41,875 bases of DNA from Verrucomicrobiota bacterium (lineage in GTDB: Bacteria; Verrucomicrobiota; Verrucomicrobiia; Limisphaerales; CANJXF01): positions 1-41,875 of the forward strand of contig JBBQAX010000003.1 of assembly GCA_038316905.1 (NCBI GenBank), in the 5' to 3' direction. The notes beneath the pieces are model-generated. The model ran no database searches and had not been told where the DNA came from. It saw only the letters and a program-made list of their open reading frames with translations. A program made the position numbers and the translations under genes. This document shows positions 37,792 to 41,875 of the stretch, one piece after another (within the stretch, counting starts at the first letter, position 1; every line of letters begins with the position of its first letter).

Positions 37792-39081
37792 TCAGCGCAA
37801 CGCCTTCGCCGCGATGTCGCGGCGGAATTGTGCGCCGTCGAATTGGATTTTTTCTACTGCTGAATAAGCCGCGGTTTGCGCAGTTGCTAAATTTCCCGCC
37901 CAAGCTGTCACGCCCAAGACGCGTCCGCCGTTTGTCACGATTTGATTTTCTTTAAACGTTGTTCCGGCGTGGAAAACTTTGGTGTTGGGCAGCGCGTTGG
38001 CAGCATCCAAACCAGAAATCGGTTTTCCCTTCCCATAATTTCCCGGATAACCGCCGCTGGCCATCACCACGCAAACCGACGCGCCCGGTTTCCATTTCAA
38101 ATCGATTTTCCCCAGCTTGCCATCCACGCTCGCTTCGAACAGTTCAACCAGATCATTTTCCAGTCGCGTCAGATAAACCTGCGCTTCCGGGTCGCCGAAG
38201 CGTGCGTTGAACTCGATAACTTTCGGGCCGTCTTTGGTGAGCATCACCCCGGGATAAAGAATGCCGCGAAAATCAATTCCTTCTTCGGCGCAACCTTTCA
38301 GCCACGGATTCAAAATCGTTTCTCCGACACGTTTTAATTCTTCGTCGCTCAGGAACGGCGTGGGCGAATAGGTTCCCATCCCGCCTGTATTCAAACCCTG
38401 GTCGCCGTCGAAAATGCGTTTGTGATCTTGAGAAGTTGGAAAAAGTTTTGCGGTTTTCCCATCGCAAAGCGCGTGCAAGGAAATTTCCGCTCCCTCCAAA
38501 AATTCCTGAATGACGATGGTCGAACCCGCTTTGCCAAATGCTTTGCTGACAAGAATTTCGTCAATGGCGCGATCAGATTCCGCAATGTCGCTGCAAACAA
38601 TCACACCTTTTCCGAGCGCCAAACCATCCGCCTTGACCGCGCAACGTCCACCGAGCGAAGCCGCGAAATCTTTTGCATGTTTCGCATTTACATACGTCCC
38701 GGCGCGCGCAGTCGGAATCCCATGCGTCTCCATGAACTTTTGCGAAAAAACTTTGGAAGACTCAAATTGCGCCGCCTTTTTATTCGGCCCCCAAATGCGC
38801 AAATCATTTTCCTGAAACAGATCCACCACACCGAGCGCGAGCGGATTGTCTGGCCCGACCACGGTGAGATCTATTTTGTTGATCAACGCGCAAGCCAGCA
38901 ACCCTTCCAGATCATCTGCAGCAAATTCAACGCACAAAACTTTCTTACCATTTTGCAATCGTTCCAATGCGATGCCGGCGTTTCCCGGAGCGCACCACAA
39001 TTCCGTGACGTGCGGCGATTCCGCCAGTTTCCAAACCAGCGCGTGTTCGCGTCCGCCTGAGCCGATGACTAAAATTTTCAT
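37792..39081 (-). CDS. purD: Phosphoribosylamine--glycine ligase
   Basis: 'MKILVIGSGGREHAL', 'APGNAG', 'VKADGLALGKGV', 'QDHKRIFDGDQGLNTGGMG', 'EFNARFGDPE', 'TNGGRVLGV'. Confidence 0.98.
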   Translation of the reverse strand: MKILVIGSGGREHALVWKLAESPHVTELWCAPGNAGIALERLQNGKKVLCVEFAADDLEGLLACALINKIDLTVVGPDNPLALGVVDLFQENDLRIWGPNKKAAQFESSKVFSQKFMETHGIPTARAGTYVNAKHAKDFAASLGGRCAVKADGLALGKGVIVCSDIAESDRAIDEILVSKAFGKAGSTIVIQEFLEGAEISLHALCDGKTAKLFPTSQDHKRIFDGDQGLNTGGMGTYSPTPFLSDEELKRVGETILNPWLKGCAEEGIDFRGILYPGVMLTKDGPKVIEFNARFGDPEAQVYLTRLENDLVELFEASVDGKLGKIDLKWKPGASVCVVMASGGYPGNYGKGKPISGLDAANALPNTKVFHAGTTFKENQIVTNGGRVLGVTAWAGNLATAQTAAYSAVEKIQFDGAQFRRDIAAKALR

Positions 39082-39364
39082 TCAATAAACTTCGTCGTGC
39101 GTGCCGACGCCTTCGAGCAAAATGGCGTCCTGTTTTTTATCTTTTACGAACTGGAAAACAATCCGAAGGTCGTAGCCCGCACTGCACGCCCAGGAAGTGG
39201 CGAGCTTGCCTTTCAGCTTGTGAGTTTTGAGTTGCGAATGAAACGCGTCCTCGGAAAGGAGTTCCAGCGTCAGTTTGCAACTCCGGTGCGATTTGAGGAT
39301 GCTTGCGAGTGAAGCGGCGGGCGGAACGAACAAATGCGGTGGAAGGCAGGAGTAGTCGTTTCAA
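39082..39364 (-). pseudogene. RelE/YafQ-family mRNA interferase toxin with a +1 frameshift near 39275
   Basis: TTG start overlaps the antitoxin stop (TTGA). MKRLLLPSTAFVRSARRFTRKHPQIAPELQ, one extra A, then LTLELLSEDAFHSQLKTHKLKGKL...WACSAGYDLRIVF...VGTHDEVY. 283 nt = 94 codons + 1. Confidence 0.82.
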
Positions 39365-39567
39365 GAAAGAACCTTGCGCATGATTTCCGCAGGAGAAGCA
39401 GGACGACATTTGCCCGACTTGAATTCCTTTCGCGCTTCTTTTACCGATTTAACCAAAAGATCGCGCCGATTTTCAGCCAACCGTTTGCGCACGGTATCCA
39501 TCAACGATTCCTGCTGTTCTTCAGGCAGGGCTTCAATGGAATCGAGAACTTGGCCGTAAGTTTTCAT
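39361..39567 (-). CDS. Putative antitoxin of the RelE/YafQ-type toxin
   Basis: 68 aa, 'MKTYGQVLDSIEALPEEQQESLMDTVRKRL...EARKEFKSG...SPAEIMRKVLS'; lies upstream of and overlaps the toxin. Confidence 0.8.
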   Translation of the reverse strand: MKTYGQVLDSIEALPEEQQESLMDTVRKRLAENRRDLLVKSVKEARKEFKSGKCRPASPAEIMRKVLS

Positions 39568-39615
39568 ACGTTGAAAGTAACTTGGCAATTATCCGCAAAC
39601 AAGTCTCCGCTCAGA

Positions 39616-40083
39616 TCAGGAGTTCGTGCGCAAGCCTTCCAATTTCGCGAGCTTGTTGGCTTTTGGATCAAAGCTCCAAAAGGTGTCGCATTCCAACACG
39701 AGCGCGGACGCAACGTGGAGTAGATCGTAAGTGCGAAAACCGTGACGCGCGGTGTGACGAAGGGAAAGTTCTTCAAACTGGTCCTCCAGTTTATCAGCGG
39801 GCAGCAATGTGTTTTGGAGAAAAACACCGGCGGATGCATCAGAGCTGAAACTTGCCATGGCCATTGCAGCGCGTTCAGGGGTTACATGCAATTGACCCGG
39901 CGCTCTGGCGGCGAAAACGTGCAGTTGAAATGCGTTGATGGTTTCGATTCGATGCAACCAGGTAATAGGGATTCCTTTCGATCGACTTTTCAGCGCGGTC
40001 TTGATCAACGCATCTGCCAAATGGCTCTCGGAGAGTTCGAGGTAGAGGCGAGTGAAAAGATTGGTGTCGGCGTAGGGTATCAT
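39616..40083 (-). CDS. vapC: VapC-family PIN-domain toxin
   Basis: 'YADTNLFTRLY', 'LHRIETINAF', 'RTYDLLHVASAL', 'FWSFDPK...LAKLEGL'; ATGA overlap with the upstream antitoxin. Confidence 0.9.
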   Translation of the reverse strand: MIPYADTNLFTRLYLELSESHLADALIKTALKSRSKGIPITWLHRIETINAFQLHVFAARAPGQLHVTPERAAMAMASFSSDASAGVFLQNTLLPADKLEDQFEELSLRHTARHGFRTYDLLHVASALVLECDTFWSFDPKANKLAKLEGLRTNS

Positions 40084-40322
40084 TCGCCGGCAATTAGTTT
40101 GTCCACCAATCGAACCTGCGCTACCGGGATGGTTTTAGGGAAAATTGCTTTGCGCCGTGCCGCAAAATCTGGAATGGCCGTTACGCGTTTTTCGCTGTTC
40201 TCCGGTCGAACCGTGTATGCGCGGCCATCGCGACGCTTGATTCGCACCAAACCTTCGCGATCGCAGGCATCCAGCACGGTGGCCGGTTCACGATCCAGTT
40301 GTCGCACGGTGAAAGTCTTCAT
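40080..40322 (-). CDS. Phd/YefM-like antitoxin
   Basis: 80 aa, 'MKTFTVRQLDREPATVLDACDREGLVRIKRRDG' matches the Phd-like N-terminus; directly upstream of vapC. Confidence 0.8.
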   Translation of the reverse strand: MKTFTVRQLDREPATVLDACDREGLVRIKRRDGRAYTVRPENSEKRVTAIPDFAARRKAIFPKTIPVAQVRLVDKLIAGE

Positions 40323-40339
40323 GTCGGACAAGATGTCGG
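40321..40339 (-). promoter_or_regulatory. Putative operator of the Phd/VapC module
   Basis: Direct repeat ATGTCGG x2 (40321-40327, 40333-40339) containing the palindrome TGTC-G-GACA, overlapping the antitoxin start. Confidence 0.4.
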
Positions 40340-40472
40340 CGTTCGATTTTATTGTCAAGAATGCGCAAGCTTGTGAGAGGGGCAGCGAGGTTTAACCGTT
40401 AAGACATTCTCGAAACAATTTGCTTTCCGTCCAAAACGCGTTCGCTAATTTAATTCGCAAGAACATTAAATC

Positions 40473-41456
40473 ATGAAATTTCTCTCTCTCCTGATTTCGA
40501 TCGCGGCATTTTCCATTTCCCAGAGTTTCGCCGCTGATTTGCGCATCGGCATGATTGGTTTGGATACGTCGCACGTGACGGAATTCACGCGGCGCTTCAA
40601 TGACCCGAATGATAAGAACCATGTTCCCGGGGGAAAAGTGGTTGCGGCGTTCAAAGGCGGAAGTAAAGACATCGAAGGAAGTTGGTCGCGCGTCGAGGGT
40701 TACACAAAAACGTTGCAGGAAAAATACGACGTCAAAATTGTCGAGACGATCGAGGAGCTTTGCGAGTTGGTGGATGTCGTGATGTTGGAAAGTGTGGATG
40801 GTCGCCCCCATTTGCAGCAGGCGATTCCAGTGATCAAAGCGAAGAAAACGTTGTTCATCGACAAGCCGTTGGCAGGTTCGCTCGCGGATGCAATTCAGAT
40901 TTTTCGGCTCGCCAAAGAAAACAATGTGCCGTGTTTCAGCGCATCGTCGTTGCGTTATTATCCGACGATTGACGAATTGAAGAACGGAGGATTTGGCGAA
41001 TTGAGAAGCGCGATTTCCACCGGCCCGGCGCATCTCGAACCGCATCATCCCGATTTATTTTGGTACGGAATTCATCCCACCGAAGCGCTGTTCACGATGA
41101 TGGGCCAAGGTTGCGAAACGGTCGTGCGCACGACGACCAAAGATACTGACGTCGTCACGGGAACCTGGGCCGGCGGAAAAATCGGAACGCTGATCGGTCT
41201 GCGCAACGGCGCGGCGCCATATCGCCTGACGGTTTTTGGAACCAAAGCAGTTTTGGATAAACAATTGGTGGGCGATTACACGCCATTTTTGCGCGAAGTA
41301 ATGAAATTTTTCCAAACGGGAGTCGCGCCCGTTTCGCCGGAGGAAACGCTGGAGATTTTTGCGTTCATGGAAGCGGCGGATGAAAGCAAACGGCAAGGCG
41401 GTTGCCCCGTGAAAATCAGCGACGTGATGAAGAAAGCGGAAGAGGCGATCAAATGA
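40473..41456 (+). CDS. Gfo/Idh/MocA-family oxidoreductase-like protein with N-terminal signal peptide
   Basis: Signal peptide (…SQSFA), 'LRIGMIGLDTSH', 'SVDGRPHLQQA', 'FIDKPLA', 'SASSLRY', 'LFWYGIH'. Confidence 0.85.
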   Translation: MKFLSLLISIAAFSISQSFAADLRIGMIGLDTSHVTEFTRRFNDPNDKNHVPGGKVVAAFKGGSKDIEGSWSRVEGYTKTLQEKYDVKIVETIEELCELVDVVMLESVDGRPHLQQAIPVIKAKKTLFIDKPLAGSLADAIQIFRLAKENNVPCFSASSLRYYPTIDELKNGGFGELRSAISTGPAHLEPHHPDLFWYGIHPTEALFTMMGQGCETVVRTTTKDTDVVTGTWAGGKIGTLIGLRNGAAPYRLTVFGTKAVLDKQLVGDYTPFLREVMKFFQTGVAPVSPEETLEIFAFMEAADESKRQGGCPVKISDVMKKAEEAIK

Positions 41457-41484
41457 AACCCCAAGGGGAAAACGGAAGAAAAAA

Positions 41485-41694
41485 AGCTGGGACGAGGATG
41501 ACTTGGAGCGACAACGCAAAGGCGATGAATGGAAAGTGCAATTGGCGGCGCGCTTGCGAACGGAAACGACCGTGTCGCTCAAATGGATTGCCGAACGGCT
41601 CAGGATGGGCAGTTGGAAACATTTGTATGGCCGTCTTTATGAACATCGCGCCAAATCAAAAACCGAAAAATATGCCAATAGTAGGGACTGACCC
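41485..41694 (+). mobile_element. Remnant of a transposase C-terminal HTH region (Y1/RAYT-like) with terminal GGGACTGACCC motif
   Basis: Reads SWDEDDLERQRKGDEWKVQLAARLRTETTVSLKWIAERLRMGSWKHL, a C-terminal HTH I recognise from verrucomicrobial transposase-annotated proteins. No start codon or HUH catalytic domain upstream; ends at GGGACTGACCC. Confidence 0.55.
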
Positions 41695-41875
41695 GAATGG
41701 CGCTTAGTTAAGGGCATGTTTCGATCTTTCTCGAATGAATTGAGTCGTGCGTTGGGGCTTTTGATTCGTTTATCCGCATACCGTTGTGCCGGTTCATTGA
41801 TGTTTTTTGGGAAACCACTAACGCGACTTGGGCTATGATTGAGAAAAAAGCCAAAAACCTCAACAAATCGCGGTG

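Noticed and set aside
1141-41694. Whole window as a composite element bounded by inverted GGGYCAGTC motifs
   Set aside because: The match is short and degenerate and the interval holds core genes (secA, rho, glyA, purD, tRNA); independent dispersed motifs are more plausible.
41700-41875. Possible 3' end of a minus-strand gene at the window edge
   Set aside because: Two minus frames are open but neither gives a recognisable protein; too short to call.

Overview
A 41.9-kb bacterial chromosomal fragment. Gene content and protein style suggest Verrucomicrobiota (Pedosphaera/Limisphaera-like); this is an inference. Left part: tail of a GATase-like membrane protein, tRNA-Ala(CGC), and a signalling cluster in which a TonB-dependent receptor is divergent from YfiR, a CHASE8-HAMP-PAS kinase and a REC-PAS-kinase-REC hybrid. 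Next come a secreted phosphodiester-glycosidase/Ig protein, a pair of small paralogous membrane proteins, a LAB-N/zinc-ribbon protein, a TlpA thioredoxin, an M14-type peptidase and a ~2,400-aa RCC1/Ig surface protein split by a 1-nt frameshift. The middle is a minus-strand housekeeping run: S41 pseudo-protease, a phosphatase-RpiB-GlyA triple fusion, rho, a two-domain lipoprotein, resB, ccsA and secA. The right part has a membrane-anchored ECF sigma factor between two REP-like doublets, purD surrounded by three type II toxin-antitoxin modules (one toxin frameshifted), a Gfo/Idh/MocA protein and a transposase remnant. No CRISPR array, prophage, reverse transcriptase or intact mobile element was seen. 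The best leads are the TBDR/YfiR kinase cascade, the triple fusion enzyme, a putative extra cytochrome c maturation lipoprotein, and a shared C-terminal 'S[TS]NLxDW...[FY]R' domain that may be a sorting signal. All family calls are from motif recognition by eye; no database search was run.
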